Assembly: GCA_028679185.1 (NCBI GenBank)
Contig: JAJRBZ010000069.1
Coordinates: 30,059-94,058 of the forward strand
Direction: 5' to 3'
Length of the DNA stretch: 64,000 bases
Origin: Methanoregula sp.
GTDB taxonomy: Archaea; Halobacteriota; Methanomicrobia; Methanomicrobiales; Methanospirillaceae
The notes under the pieces were generated by a model, which was given only the letters and a program-made list of their open reading frames with translations, had not been told where the DNA came from and did no database searches. Below, piece after piece: positions 49,915-60,787 of the stretch. Numbering within the stretch: position 1 is the first letter of the stretch; each line of letters begins with the position of its first letter. The position numbers and the translations under genes were made by a program.

Positions 49915-51671
49915 AAGAGAAAAAAACCAAAGAAAAAAAACACGCGGTTCTTAAAAGAATCGCCGGTCCTGTCGTTACGGCAGTCAATCTTGACGCCCAC
50001 ATGTACGATGTGGTTAAAGTCGGCAAAGAAGCTCTGATGGGAGAAGTCATCAAGATCCAGGGTGACAACATCATTATCCAGGTCTATGAGGATACGTCCG
50101 GTATCAGGCCAGGGGAACCGGTGGAAAACACCGGCCTTTCGCTGGCAGTCGAGCTCGGGCCTGGCCTTCTGACAAGTATCTATGATGGAATCCAGCGCCC
50201 CCTCGCCGTTCTTGTGGACAAGATGGGGAACTTCATCGAACGTGGTGTTTCTGCACCCGGTCTCTCCCATGAGAAGAAGTGGACCTTCAAACCGCTCGTA
50301 AAATCCGGGGACAAGCTGGAAGCAGGCGCGATTCTCGGTGAAGTTCAGGAAACCAACATCGTCCACAGGGTCATGCTGCCTCCGAACGCAAAGCCGGGTA
50401 TCGTTAAGGTGATTAAAAGTGGTGATTTTACCGTAGATGAGTTCATCTGTGTGCTTGAGGATGGTCGGGAGTACCCGATGATCCAGCGCTGGCCGGTTCG
50501 CGTTCCCCGTCCGGTCAGGGAGAAAATGAACCCGACAATTCCGCTCATCACCGGCCAAAGGATTCTGGACGGACTTTTCCCCATCGCAAAAGGTGGTACT
50601 GCCGCAATTCCCGGTCCCTTCGGGAGCGGCAAGACAGTAACCCAGCAGCAGCTGGCAAAATGGAGTGACGCTGAGATTGTGGTCTATATAGGTTGTGGTG
50701 AACGCGGCAATGAGATGACCGAGGTTCTGACCGAGTTCCCGCACCTGGAAGATCCCAAGACCGGCAAACCCCTCATGGAGAGGACGGTTTTAATCGCCAA
50801 TACGTCGAATATGCCCGTTGCCGCCCGTGAAGCCTCTGTGTATACCGGTATAACCATCGCCGAGTATTTCCGTGATATGGGCTACGACGTTTCACTCATG
50901 GCGGATTCCACATCACGCTGGGCTGAAGCGATGCGTGAGATCTCATCCCGTCTTGAAGAGATGCCCGGTGAAGAAGGATATCCGGCATACCTTGCAGCAC
51001 GGTTGTCTGAATTCTATGAACGTGCCGGACTTGTCAAAACCCTGAACGGTGCCCGCGGATCCGTTTCGGTAATTGGCGCGGTATCTCCCCCTGGCGGGGA
51101 CTTTTCAGAGCCGGTTACCCAGAATACCCTGCGTATTGTAAAAGTATTCTGGGCCCTTGATGCAAAGCTTTCGCAACGCCGGCATTTCCCTGCAATCAAC
51201 TGGCTGAACTCGTACTCGCTCTATCTTGAAAGCCTCAATGATTATTATGACCGTGAAGTCTCCCCGGAATGGAACAGGATCCGGTCATGGGCTATGGAAG
51301 TCCTCCAGAAGGAATCAGAGCTTCAGGAAATTGTGCAGCTTGTTGGTTCTGATGCATTACCCGAATCGGAACAGGTAACGATTGAGGTTGCCCGTATGAT
51401 CCGTGAGTTTTTCCTTCAGCAGAACGCGTATGACAAAGTTGACACATTCTGCGATATGAAAAAGCAGTATGATATGATGAAAGCTATCAAGCTCTTCTCA
51501 GATCTTGCCTACGCAGCGCAGATTGCCGGGGTCAGCCCGTCCCAGATCAACACGATCAAATCGAAGAACGAGCTGAACCAGATCAAGTTTATCAAGGACT
51601 ATAAACCTGAGCTCGCAAAAATTGAGAAGGAAATGGATACGGAATTCAATGTACTGAGGTCGGCAGCATGA
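49905..51671 (+). CDS. atpA: A1Ao ATP synthase subunit A (GTG start, no intein)
   Basis: [26 protein letters not shown]; 588 aa. Confidence 0.97.
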   Translation: MEVKEKKTKEKKHAVLKRIAGPVVTAVNLDAHMYDVVKVGKEALMGEVIKIQGDNIIIQVYEDTSGIRPGEPVENTGLSLAVELGPGLLTSIYDGIQRPLAVLVDKMGNFIERGVSAPGLSHEKKWTFKPLVKSGDKLEAGAILGEVQETNIVHRVMLPPNAKPGIVKVIKSGDFTVDEFICVLEDGREYPMIQRWPVRVPRPVREKMNPTIPLITGQRILDGLFPIAKGGTAAIPGPFGSGKTVTQQQLAKWSDAEIVVYIGCGERGNEMTEVLTEFPHLEDPKTGKPLMERTVLIANTSNMPVAAREASVYTGITIAEYFRDMGYDVSLMADSTSRWAEAMREISSRLEEMPGEEGYPAYLAARLSEFYERAGLVKTLNGARGSVSVIGAVSPPGGDFSEPVTQNTLRIVKVFWALDAKLSQRRHFPAINWLNSYSLYLESLNDYYDREVSPEWNRIRSWAMEVLQKESELQEIVQLVGSDALPESEQVTIEVARMIREFFLQQNAYDKVDTFCDMKKQYDMMKAIKLFSDLAYAAQIAGVSPSQINTIKSKNELNQIKFIKDYKPELAKIEKEMDTEFNVLRSAA

Positions 51672-53056
51672 AGGAATACAGGACGATCAATAAAATCGCC
51701 GGTCCGCTTGTTTTTCTGGACAAGACCGAGCCGATTGGTTATGGAGAACTTGTAAACCTTGTCCTTGCTGACGGTACAGTGAAGCGGGGTCAGGTGCTTG
51801 ACACCAGTGACGAGCTGGTCGTTGTCCAGATTTTCGAGACAACGGCAGGTATAGGTAAGGATACCGGTGTCCGGTTCACGGGCGAAGCCATCAAGATGCC
51901 TGTGGGAAGGGAGATGCTGGGCAGGATCCTGTCAGGAGGCGGTAAACCGATTGACGGCGGCCCGGAAATTGTGCCGGAAAAGCGTCTTGACATTACCGGT
52001 GCCGCCATTAACCCGTATGCCCGGGGGAACCCGTCAGATTTTATCCAGACCGGCGTCTCAACGATTGACGGCACAAACACGCTTGTCCGCGGACAGAAGC
52101 TGCCGATCTTTTCGGGTGCAGGACTTCCTCACAACAAGCTCGCACTCCAGATTGCCAGGCAGGCAAAAGTGCCCGGTTCAACAGAAGGATTTGCCGTCGT
52201 ATTCGCCGCGATGGGTATCACCAAAGAAGAAGCGAACTATTTCATGCAGGACTTTGAGCGTACAGGCGCTCTCGAGCATGCCGTAGTCTTCCTGAACCTT
52301 GCGGACGACCCGGCTGTCGAACGTATCATCACCCCGAGACTTGCCCTGACAACCGCTGAATATCTCGCGTTTGAACTGGGAATGCATGTGCTTGTTATCC
52401 TCACGGATATGACCAACTACTGTGAGGCACTGCGTCAGATTGGGGCTGCCCGTGAAGAAGTACCGGGACGCCGGGGCTATCCGGGATACATGTATACGGA
52501 TCTTGCCTGTCTCTACGAGCGTGCGGGGATCATCAAAGGGCAGAAGGGCTCGGTTACCCAGATTCCAATTCTCACCATGCCCGGTGATGATATCACCCAT
52601 CCGATCCCGGACCTGACCGGGTATATTACAGAAGGACAAATCGTGGTCAATCGTGAACTGCACCGTAAGGGCATATATCCCCCTGTCAACGTCCTGCCTT
52701 CTCTCTCACGGCTAATGAACCTCGGTATAGGCAAAGGACATACAAGGGAGGATCACAAAAAAGTCTCCGACCAGATGTATGCCGGTTATGCTGAAGGCAA
52801 TGACCTCCGCGGACTTGTTGCAATCGTCGGAAAGGATGCACTCTCTGAACGTGACCGTATGCTCCTTGAGTTTGCTGATATCTTTGAGAACCGTTTTGTC
52901 CGGCAGGGGTACGATGAGGACCGGACTATCGAAGACACTCTGAATCTGGGATGGGATCTGTTATCAACACTGCCGGTTGAACAGCTGGTCCGGATTGATC
53001 GTGAACTGATCCAGAAGTACCACCCGAAGTTCCGAACAGGTGCAAAGAAGGAGTAA
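51668..53056 (+). CDS. atpB: A1Ao ATP synthase subunit B
   Basis: [37 protein letters not shown]. Confidence 0.97.
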   Translation: MKEYRTINKIAGPLVFLDKTEPIGYGELVNLVLADGTVKRGQVLDTSDELVVVQIFETTAGIGKDTGVRFTGEAIKMPVGREMLGRILSGGGKPIDGGPEIVPEKRLDITGAAINPYARGNPSDFIQTGVSTIDGTNTLVRGQKLPIFSGAGLPHNKLALQIARQAKVPGSTEGFAVVFAAMGITKEEANYFMQDFERTGALEHAVVFLNLADDPAVERIITPRLALTTAEYLAFELGMHVLVILTDMTNYCEALRQIGAAREEVPGRRGYPGYMYTDLACLYERAGIIKGQKGSVTQIPILTMPGDDITHPIPDLTGYITEGQIVVNRELHRKGIYPPVNVLPSLSRLMNLGIGKGHTREDHKKVSDQMYAGYAEGNDLRGLVAIVGKDALSERDRMLLEFADIFENRFVRQGYDEDRTIEDTLNLGWDLLSTLPVEQLVRIDRELIQKYHPKFRTGAKKE

Positions 53057-53062
53057 GTTACC

Positions 53063-53692
53063 ATGGCGCTGCGTGATATTAAGCCGACCCGTTCGGAACT
53101 GATCAACCTCAAACGGAAGATCCAGCTTTCCGAACGTGGCTACAAAATCCTCAAGATGAAGCGCGATGGACTGATCCTTGAATTTTTCAAGGTGCTTGCC
53201 ACTGCAAAGGACAGCAGAGGCGAACTTATGGATAAGTACAAGGTTGCTGTTGAGATTATGGCACTCGCAAATACGTTAGAAGGTGCCATTGGTGTAAAAT
53301 CAGCGGCAGTCTCGGTAAAAGAGGTCCCGGAAATTACCCTGAAAAGCAAAAATATTATGGGGGTCATTGTACCCCAGATTGAAGCATCCAAGGTAAAAAA
53401 GAGTCTTGTTGACAGGGGCTATGGTGTCCTTGGAACCTCAACAGTTATTGACGAGTCTGCTTCGGCATTCGAAGAACTGGTGGAATCAATCATAGAAAGT
53501 GCCGAAATTGAAACCACCATGAAACGCCTGCTTGATGAGATTGAAAAGACAAAAAGGAGGGTAAATGCCCTCGAGTTCAAGGTCATTCCCGAACTCACTG
53601 CTGCCCGGGATTTTATCAAGATGCGCCTTGATGAAATGGAGCGTGAAGAGCTCTTCAGGATGAAAAGAATCAAAGCCCGGAGCGCAACATAG
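53063..53692 (+). CDS. atpD: A1Ao ATP synthase subunit D
   Basis: KPTRSEL, LKMKRD, KRRVNALE. Confidence 0.96.
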   Translation: MALRDIKPTRSELINLKRKIQLSERGYKILKMKRDGLILEFFKVLATAKDSRGELMDKYKVAVEIMALANTLEGAIGVKSAAVSVKEVPEITLKSKNIMGVIVPQIEASKVKKSLVDRGYGVLGTSTVIDESASAFEELVESIIESAEIETTMKRLLDEIEKTKRRVNALEFKVIPELTAARDFIKMRLDEMEREELFRMKRIKARSAT

Positions 53693-53702
53693 ATTACACG
53701 AT

Positions 53703-54926
53703 GTGGTCTGGATGCAGATAGGAACCATCAGGGAGTTGGGGTGTAATGGAAAAACCGTCCTCCTCCGGCTTGATCTCAACTCCCCCATTGATCCTACCTC
53801 CAACCTTATTCTCGATGATAAGCGATTCCGTGAACATCTTCCCACAATCCGCGCCCTCTCTGACAGCCGCGTGGTCATTGTCACGCACCAGAGCAGACCC
53901 GGGAAAAAAGATTTTACCACGCTTGAAGCTCATGCAGAGAAGCTTGAACAGTTGTTGGGAAAACCGGTCAGGTACGTTGACAGTATATTCGGACGTCATG
54001 CACGGGAAGCCGTACATGCCATGAAATCCGGTGATGTGGTGATGCTTGAAAACGTCAGGTTCAATGCAGAAGAGAACCTGACCTTAAAACCCGAAGAAGC
54101 AAAAAAGACGCATCTGGTAAAAAAACTGTCTTCCATGGCTGATGTTTTTGTAAATGACGCATTTGGTACAGCTCACCGTTCACAACCAACTATTGTGGGA
54201 TTACCGCTTGTCATGCAATCGGCAGGGGGACTCCTCATGGAAAAGGAAGTGGCAACACTCTCCAGAGTGTTTTCCGGTGCACCACGTCCGGTCTGCATGG
54301 TTCTTGGCGGTACGAAGGTGGATGACTCTGTCGATGTCGCCCGGCATGTCCTGGCAAACGGTATTGCTGATCAGGTTATTGTGATTGGTGTTGTTGCGAA
54401 TGTCTTTTTGATCGCGGCCGGCTACAATATCGGGAAACCCTCCACTCAGCTGATTACCCAGCTCAAATACCAGCCGGAAATTGAAAAGGCAAAGGAGATC
54501 CTGTCGAGATACCGCGATCAGGTTGTCCTGCCCGAATCTGTCGCCGTGAGGCAGGAAAATCACCGGGTCGAATATCCGATTGACAGGATTCCTGAAGACA
54601 CGCCGGTGCTTGACCTGGGCATGGATGCCCTTGCATCACTTGTTCAGGTTCTTAAAAAGGCAGGGACTGTCGTATTTAACGGTCCTGCCGGTGTTTTTGA
54701 AGATGCTGACTTTGCAACCGGTACGTACGAACTGCTCAGGGCTGCATCACATGTAGAGTTCTCTGTTATAGGTGGCGGGCACACTGCTGCTGTTATCGAA
54801 AAACTTGGCATTGAAAAGGACTTCACCCATATCTCCACGGGTGGCGGAGCATGTATCGAGTTTCTGACCGGAAAAAAGCTCCCTGCTGTTGACGCACTCG
54901 AACAATCTAAAAAGATATTCGGATAA
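53703..54926 (+). CDS. pgk: Phosphoglycerate kinase
   Basis: RLDLNSP, HQSRPG, LENVRF, NDAFGTAHR, STGGGA. Confidence 0.96.
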   Translation: MVWMQIGTIRELGCNGKTVLLRLDLNSPIDPTSNLILDDKRFREHLPTIRALSDSRVVIVTHQSRPGKKDFTTLEAHAEKLEQLLGKPVRYVDSIFGRHAREAVHAMKSGDVVMLENVRFNAEENLTLKPEEAKKTHLVKKLSSMADVFVNDAFGTAHRSQPTIVGLPLVMQSAGGLLMEKEVATLSRVFSGAPRPVCMVLGGTKVDDSVDVARHVLANGIADQVIVIGVVANVFLIAAGYNIGKPSTQLITQLKYQPEIEKAKEILSRYRDQVVLPESVAVRQENHRVEYPIDRIPEDTPVLDLGMDALASLVQVLKKAGTVVFNGPAGVFEDADFATGTYELLRAASHVEFSVIGGGHTAAVIEKLGIEKDFTHISTGGGACIEFLTGKKLPAVDALEQSKKIFG

Positions 54927-54980
54927 TATTTTTTTAGAATATGGCAGGGAAATCCACCTGTTTTCATAATGGAAGACCTC

Positions 54981-55460
54981 ATGCATATTCACATCATCGC
55001 TGTTGGGAAGATCAAGGAAAAATTTCTTCGGGAAGGTATTGCTGAATACGAGAAACGCCTGCGGCCGTACGTGAAACTGACTACCATTGAAATTAATGAA
55101 GAAAAGAGGGCCGGCAATCTCACACCTGCAGATCAAAAACGGATTGTTGATGCCGAGGGAATACGGATTCTTGGGTCGATCCCTCATGACAGCTTTGTCA
55201 TTGTACTTGACATCAAGGGGGTTCACTGGTCAAGTGAGACTCTGGCAGAAAACCTCCGCCAGTATGAAATTGCCGGCAGGAATACCCTGAGTTTTATTAT
55301 TGGGGGGGATCTTGGGCTTTCTGATACTGTTATTTCGAGGAGCAATGTCCGGCTCTCACTCTCACTGATGACATTTACTCACCAGATGATCCGGCAGATT
55401 CTCCTTGAGCAGCTCTATCGTGCGTGTAAAATCAACCACAACGAGCCTTACCATAAGTGA
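54981..55460 (+). CDS. rlmH: 23S rRNA m3-pseudouridine-1915 methyltransferase RlmH (SPOUT)
   Basis: IIAVGKIKE, FIIGGDLG, LSLSLMTFTHQMIRQILLEQLYRA...EPYHK. Confidence 0.93.
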   Translation: MHIHIIAVGKIKEKFLREGIAEYEKRLRPYVKLTTIEINEEKRAGNLTPADQKRIVDAEGIRILGSIPHDSFVIVLDIKGVHWSSETLAENLRQYEIAGRNTLSFIIGGDLGLSDTVISRSNVRLSLSLMTFTHQMIRQILLEQLYRACKINHNEPYHK

Positions 55461-55762
55461 TCCTCTTTTTTTGGAGGCTGCGGCTTGAGAAGATTGTACT
55501 GTTCTCAAAACTCCTTGGCACGATAACGTCGGTCGCGTATGAGGCTGCAGATTATCGGGGCTATCAGGTACTGTCCCTTCTTTCAAAAAAGGAGAGACTC
55601 GTTTTAACAACCACGATTGTCTGCGGCTATTACGAGTACCAAAGGAGGATCAGCGCAACCGGGCTTGCAGGAAAGCTTGGCTACCGCAAGTCTGCCGCGA
55701 TCGAGTTCCTGCGAAAGGCGGAGAACAAGGTCATTACAACGGTCTGCGCAAGTGACCTCTGA
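55457..55762 (+). pseudogene. Truncated/degenerate HTH_10 (bacterio-opsin-activator-type) regulator fragment
   Basis: LSKKERLVL...GYYEYQRRISATGLAGKLGYRKSAAIEFLRKAENKV; N-terminal domain appears missing; only start is a GTG overlapping the rlmH stop. Confidence 0.65.
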
Positions 55763-55892
55763 TTCGGTGCCACAAGGAGATCGGGCAAACCCCCGCGATT
55801 TCAATCAATAGTCATTGTCAGCCTCAGAACAATTTTTTCTGACATGTGAGAATTATCTGCCCGTAACGGGAACAGCCGACAAAATTAGCCGG

Positions 55893-57398
55893 TCATTTCT
55901 CCACTCGAAGTTCGTTATCCCCTGCACCTTTTTCATCCTTTCCTGTTACAAAGCTCCCCAGTAACGGGAACCTGAGCATGTACCGCAGCCCCCCGACGGT
56001 AGAAAGGTTGCGCATCTCACGGCTGACCTGCGCTATCATCTCATGGACGACAAGCCGCCCCTCCACCTCCCCGGCCTCTTTTACAAAGGCAAGCCGGTGG
56101 ATTGAGTAGATCCCAATCAGAAATGCAAAGACAAAGAAAAAGTCCCAGTACTGGAAGTCCAGTGTCTGGATGGCAAAAGCTGTTTCCGCGCTTTTCCAGT
56201 TAAGAGTAAGCGAGAGTTCGGTCGCCTTGAACGAATCGACAAACATCCCGCCGATGACTGGTGCGAAGCCGGCTGCGAGAGAGTTTGTGATGTTAATCGT
56301 AGCAAGGTAGGCGGTTGCGCTGCCGTGGGGTGCGAGCTTGAGCCCGATGTTTGCCGATGCAAGCGTGACCCCAGCCGTAGACAGTCCCATCAGGATGTGC
56401 AGGACAATAAGGAGCGGGATGGTCAGCAGGTGCCGTGTGGGCATTGTCGTAAACGTCCAGCCAAGGATGCAGATCATAAAGAGAGGTCCCGAGACCCGCA
56501 GGACGGACTTGTTGCTGAACCGGTCTGCAATCCGGCCCCACATACCATAAGAGAGCACACTCGAAATCTGGCTAAGAACGGCAAGAGCAATGACAACTGT
56601 CATATCAAAATTGAGCATGACAAGCAGGTAGACAGTAAAAAACGGAGCGGCCAGGTTGACGGCAAAGTTCCATGCTCCTAAAAAGGCGATTAGCCGGGAG
56701 AAGTTTTCATCGCGGAACGTAGAACGGATCTGGTCAAGAGGAGGGACTTTTGCAGTTTCCTTCATCAGTGGTTCAGGAATCCTTGACATATACCAGATCC
56801 CCATCAGCCCGGCGACAAAACCGCCAAGGAAGATGACCGAGTAGGCAGTACCCGGGGGATAGGCCGGGTCCCTCTGGATGAAATCGATAATGGCGCTGGC
56901 AACAAGGGACAGTACGATCCCAAGGGCAAGAGACAGGGACATGCGGCGGGAGAAGAAGCTGCCCAGGATCTCCTGAGGCACGAAGTCGCGCATCCAGGAA
57001 TTCCAGCTGCAGTGGGAGATGGCAGAGATGCTCCCGTACAGGACAAGCGAAATAATCAGGACGGGCACGGCGGCAGTCAGGCCAAAGAGGAACGGGATGA
57101 GGGCAATGACGATCCAGAAGAGCCGTGCGACAATCGATGCGCCAACGCAGACTAATCGCCGGTTACGGACATTTTCAACAACCGAGATGGCAGGCATCTG
57201 GATCAGCTCGGCAAGCGGGGGGATTGCCGCAAGCAGCCCGATTACCGTATTGGAAGCACCCAGCTGCAGACCGAATGCAACAAGGAAGATCCCGCTGGTT
57301 AACGTGACCATGGCCTGCGTCGCGAGCCCATCCTTTAAGACAAACGAGAGTCCTTTTGTTATGTCGTCCTCACTTAAGGTCTCTTTCGGGTTCATCAT
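55893..57398 (-). CDS. MFS transporter
   Basis: About 12 hydrophobic segments; GRIADRFSNK loop; locally GC-rich. Confidence 0.88.
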   Translation of the reverse strand: MMNPKETLSEDDITKGLSFVLKDGLATQAMVTLTSGIFLVAFGLQLGASNTVIGLLAAIPPLAELIQMPAISVVENVRNRRLVCVGASIVARLFWIVIALIPFLFGLTAAVPVLIISLVLYGSISAISHCSWNSWMRDFVPQEILGSFFSRRMSLSLALGIVLSLVASAIIDFIQRDPAYPPGTAYSVIFLGGFVAGLMGIWYMSRIPEPLMKETAKVPPLDQIRSTFRDENFSRLIAFLGAWNFAVNLAAPFFTVYLLVMLNFDMTVVIALAVLSQISSVLSYGMWGRIADRFSNKSVLRVSGPLFMICILGWTFTTMPTRHLLTIPLLIVLHILMGLSTAGVTLASANIGLKLAPHGSATAYLATINITNSLAAGFAPVIGGMFVDSFKATELSLTLNWKSAETAFAIQTLDFQYWDFFFVFAFLIGIYSIHRLAFVKEAGEVEGRLVVHEMIAQVSREMRNLSTVGGLRYMLRFPLLGSFVTGKDEKGAGDNELRVEK

Positions 57399-57705
57399 GG
57401 CTATTACACAGGAACCGGGGATTTGAACGGGAGATCCACGGCCTTGTACAGGCAGTTTTTTTGTACTGGATGTTTGTTATGGGTAGAAGTTCGAAAAAGA
57501 TTTCGCTTCTATTGTCAGGAGCTGCGACCGGTTTTGCCGTATGGTGCGGGAATATCAGTGGAATTCCGGGAGCAGGGCACGGGTAGGCAGGGGCGTGACG
57601 GAAGCTGCGTGAAGGTCTGCCCGTGTTTTTGTGCCGAAGAAGATACAAAAGATGAGAAAATTGCATCCCTGCCGATGTATGATTTGGTTCTCAGGAGAAA
57701 CGGAA

Positions 57706-59241
57706 TCACTCCCTTTCCTGATCGGTGGCAGGTTTCATTTCATCCCCTTCTCCTCCGCCCTGCAGGCTCTTCATCTGGGGGAAGAGGATCACCTCTTTTA
57801 TCGAAATATTATTTGTCAGCAGCATCACGAGCCGGTCGATGCCTATGCCCACACCACCGGTCGGTGGCATACCATAGCCTATGGCATTGATGAAATCATA
57901 ATCGATCATCTGGGCTTCCAGATCGCCCCGGCGCCGCTTTTCGTCCTGCTCTTCGAACCGTGCTTTCTGGTCGACAGGGTCGTTCAGCTCCGAAAAACCG
58001 TTACCCACTTCCATCCCGTGAATGAAGAGCTCGAATCTCTCGGTAAACCCCTCTTTGGTGCGGTGACGTTTTGCGAGCGGGGAAGTCTCTACCGGGTAAT
58101 CGTAAATGAAGGTCGGCTGGATGAGTTTTTCCTCCACAAGCCCTTCAAAAAACTGGACAAGGAATTCCCGCTGGGTTTTTGATTTTTCCCAGTCATCAAG
58201 CTTGTTCTGCTGTGCGAGATCACGGAGCTGTTCAACGGTGTGGCCATAGATGTCGATTCCGGCATACTCCTTTACCGCATCCGTCATGGAGAGTTTCTTC
58301 CAGGGCTTTTCAAAATTCAGGATAGTGTTCTCGAACGGGATCTCAAATTTTCCATGGACTTCAAAGACAATGGAGGAGACAATATCCTCAGTCAGTGTCA
58401 TCATATCCCCGAAATCCTGGTACGCCCAGTAGATTTCCACCATGGAAAATTCCGGGTTATGATCGGTATCGACTGCTTCGTTGCGGAAATTCCGCGCAAT
58501 CTCATAGACCTTCTCAAATCCTCCGACAATCAGCCGTTTCAGGTACAGCTCGGGTGCAATCCGGAGGAACAGCTTCTGGTCAAGGAAGTGATGGTATGAC
58601 GTGAACGGGCGGGCATTTGCCCCGCCATATATTGGCTGGAGGATAGGGGTTTCGAATTCCAGGAACCCGTGATCATCAAGATACCTTCGGATAAGGGAGA
58701 TAATCCGGCTCCGGATCCGGAATATCTGCCTGCTCTCCTCGTTAACGATAAGGTCAACATATCTCTGGCGATAACGCTTTTCAACATCAGTCAGGCCGTG
58801 AAATTTCTCCGGGAGCGAACATACTGCCTTGCAGAGAAGGGTGAACGTATCAACCCAGATGGTGATCTCTCCCAGTTTTGTCCGGAACACATGACCGGTT
58901 ACGCCGATGATATCCCCGCGTTCGATAAACTGGCTGAAGAGCTCAAACTGTTCATCACCGATATCGTTTTTCCGGATATAGAGCTGGATCTTTCCGGTCT
59001 CGTCACCGAGATCCGCAAACAGCGTTTTGCCGTGCTTCCTTACAATATATATTCTCCCTGCCGTCGATACCTGGTCAGCACTCCTTTCATGGGTGATATC
59101 CGCATACCGGGTTTTGAGATCGCGTACCGTATCCCTGCGATCGTATGAAGACGGGAAAGTGGAGATTCCTTTTTCTTTGAGAGCACGTACTTTGTCAAGC
59201 CGTGTCTGGTCAAACGCGAGATTGTCAGGAGGAGTGGTCAT
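57706..59241 (-). CDS. lysS: Lysyl-tRNA synthetase, class II
   Basis: OB-fold GKIQLY, YRQRYVDL, ETPIL, FRNE...HNPEF, YGMPPTGGVGIGIDRL; start re-called at 59241. Confidence 0.96.
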   Translation of the reverse strand: MTTPPDNLAFDQTRLDKVRALKEKGISTFPSSYDRRDTVRDLKTRYADITHERSADQVSTAGRIYIVRKHGKTLFADLGDETGKIQLYIRKNDIGDEQFELFSQFIERGDIIGVTGHVFRTKLGEITIWVDTFTLLCKAVCSLPEKFHGLTDVEKRYRQRYVDLIVNEESRQIFRIRSRIISLIRRYLDDHGFLEFETPILQPIYGGANARPFTSYHHFLDQKLFLRIAPELYLKRLIVGGFEKVYEIARNFRNEAVDTDHNPEFSMVEIYWAYQDFGDMMTLTEDIVSSIVFEVHGKFEIPFENTILNFEKPWKKLSMTDAVKEYAGIDIYGHTVEQLRDLAQQNKLDDWEKSKTQREFLVQFFEGLVEEKLIQPTFIYDYPVETSPLAKRHRTKEGFTERFELFIHGMEVGNGFSELNDPVDQKARFEEQDEKRRRGDLEAQMIDYDFINAIGYGMPPTGGVGIGIDRLVMLLTNNISIKEVILFPQMKSLQGGGEGDEMKPATDQERE

Positions 59242-59378
59242 TGAAAGGCACCCGTTAATGATAGAGAACGTATCAATATTATTCACCCCTGATAGTAATA
59301 ATACCTTCAGCAGGAGCGACGGGATACCACATCCATTGTTTCAGGGATGAATAATGTTCTATAAAACTGGAGCGATTT

Positions 59379-60713
59379 TTATGATTTATTTCGCTTTTTC
59401 ATGAGATCGGATGCATATTTCGCTACACCGTAGATGCCATCTGTCGATGGATGGACTTCGATAAATTCCTCAAAGTCATGGATCGAAAAATGGCGCTTCA
59501 TAAGAAATGCCATGTATCCAGCAATAAGTCCTCCACCCGGTCCTGCAGCACAGATTCCCCTGATTATTCCGGTCTCCGGCTCAAACATAACCTTGGCAAG
59601 CCCGGTATCATTGGAAGGCACATCCCAGAACGTGCCTGGTCCGGCTGGTCCTGGAATGGCAAGCGATGCTGTATTTTCATTTCCGGAATTACAGAATGCC
59701 AGTTCATGTCCAAGATTGATCGATTGCGGAATGTACCGGTAGTCCATTGTACGATGAATACCGAGTATGTTATCAGCAGCCACAATTCCCTGGTAGCGTG
59801 CTACCGGTGTAAGATATGGAGGACCGGTAACATCCCCGCAGGCATAAACATACGGGACACTGGTCTGCATCCGCTCATTGACAATTACTTCACCGAGAGG
59901 TCCCTTGGTAATGCCGTCCAGCATATCAGAGCGAGGTATAAGTCCGGCTGCCAGGAGAACCGCATCGGTATCGAGTCTCTCTCCTTTACCAGAGGACTGG
60001 ATATTGAGAGAATGTACCTCCGAATCCCCTTCTATTGACTGTACATTTATGCATTCTCTGATATTCACGTCCTTAAGCTGCCTGATTGCAAGTGCACGGA
60101 GATGTTTATCCGCGTTTTTAAGAAAAGTACTTCGGCTGAGAATAGTCACTTCGCTGCCAAACATGCTAAAAATGTAAGCAAATTCAGCAGCCATCACGTT
60201 CCCCCCGATGATCGCAATTTTTTTGGGGAGTACTTTTTGATTAAAGAGGGTATGTGGCGTGTACACCCCTCTCAGATCGATACCCCGGATATCCGGGATA
60301 TTAGGCCTGGACCCGGTGGCGGCAATGACTGTATCTGCGTCCATCTGTTCATCACCGGCAAATACCTTTGTATTTTTGAGCCTGCCGGTCTTTCCATAGA
60401 TTATCTGAACACCGGCAGCTTTGGTCTCCGCATCAAGGACGGAAGCAATCTTTTCCTGGATTGCATGCATCTCTGAAATAATTTTTGAAAAATTGATTTT
60501 CGGAATGGAATCAATAATCCCCAGATTATGCAATGTTCGTGCCGAATGGATCAGCCGGGCAGTATCGTTCAGCGCACAGACCGGCATACATCCAAAATGA
60601 AGGCATTGACCGCCGATCCCACCGCTCTCTATAATATAAACCTCTTTTCCCGAGGAAGCGAGCCGGATTGATGCAATTCTTCCTGCCGGACCACCCCCGA
60701 GCACAACGATCAT
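59379..60713 (-). CDS. Dihydrolipoamide dehydrogenase-like pyridine nucleotide-disulfide oxidoreductase
   Basis: GGGPAG, GGQCLHFGCMP, ATGSRP, YACGDV, C-terminal VHPS. Confidence 0.88.
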   Translation of the reverse strand: MIVVLGGGPAGRIASIRLASSGKEVYIIESGGIGGQCLHFGCMPVCALNDTARLIHSARTLHNLGIIDSIPKINFSKIISEMHAIQEKIASVLDAETKAAGVQIIYGKTGRLKNTKVFAGDEQMDADTVIAATGSRPNIPDIRGIDLRGVYTPHTLFNQKVLPKKIAIIGGNVMAAEFAYIFSMFGSEVTILSRSTFLKNADKHLRALAIRQLKDVNIRECINVQSIEGDSEVHSLNIQSSGKGERLDTDAVLLAAGLIPRSDMLDGITKGPLGEVIVNERMQTSVPYVYACGDVTGPPYLTPVARYQGIVAADNILGIHRTMDYRYIPQSINLGHELAFCNSGNENTASLAIPGPAGPGTFWDVPSNDTGLAKVMFEPETGIIRGICAAGPGGGLIAGYMAFLMKRHFSIHDFEEFIEVHPSTDGIYGVAKYASDLMKKRNKS

Positions 60714-60787
60714 GGTTTTTCCTTTACTATATAGTGAAAAATTTTAATTCTTTATCGAGAGGAACACAGGCATGCAGGTCTTCTTAT

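Noticed and set aside
49506-50744. 412-aa antisense ORF (and similar shadow ORFs over argJ, tfrAB, atpI, atpB, lysS, thermosome)
   Set aside because: Lies opposite well-conserved genes, has no recognisable motifs, and is explained by sense-strand codon bias
49905-51671. Possible intein in AtpA
   Set aside because: Length is 588 aa, with continuous conserved motifs and no insertion
57409-57430. GTTCAAATCCCCGG on the minus strand, resembling a tRNA T-arm/att remnant at the far end of the rlmH islet
   Set aside because: 5' T-stem does not pair, the implied acceptor end is atypical, and it matches neither tRNA in the window
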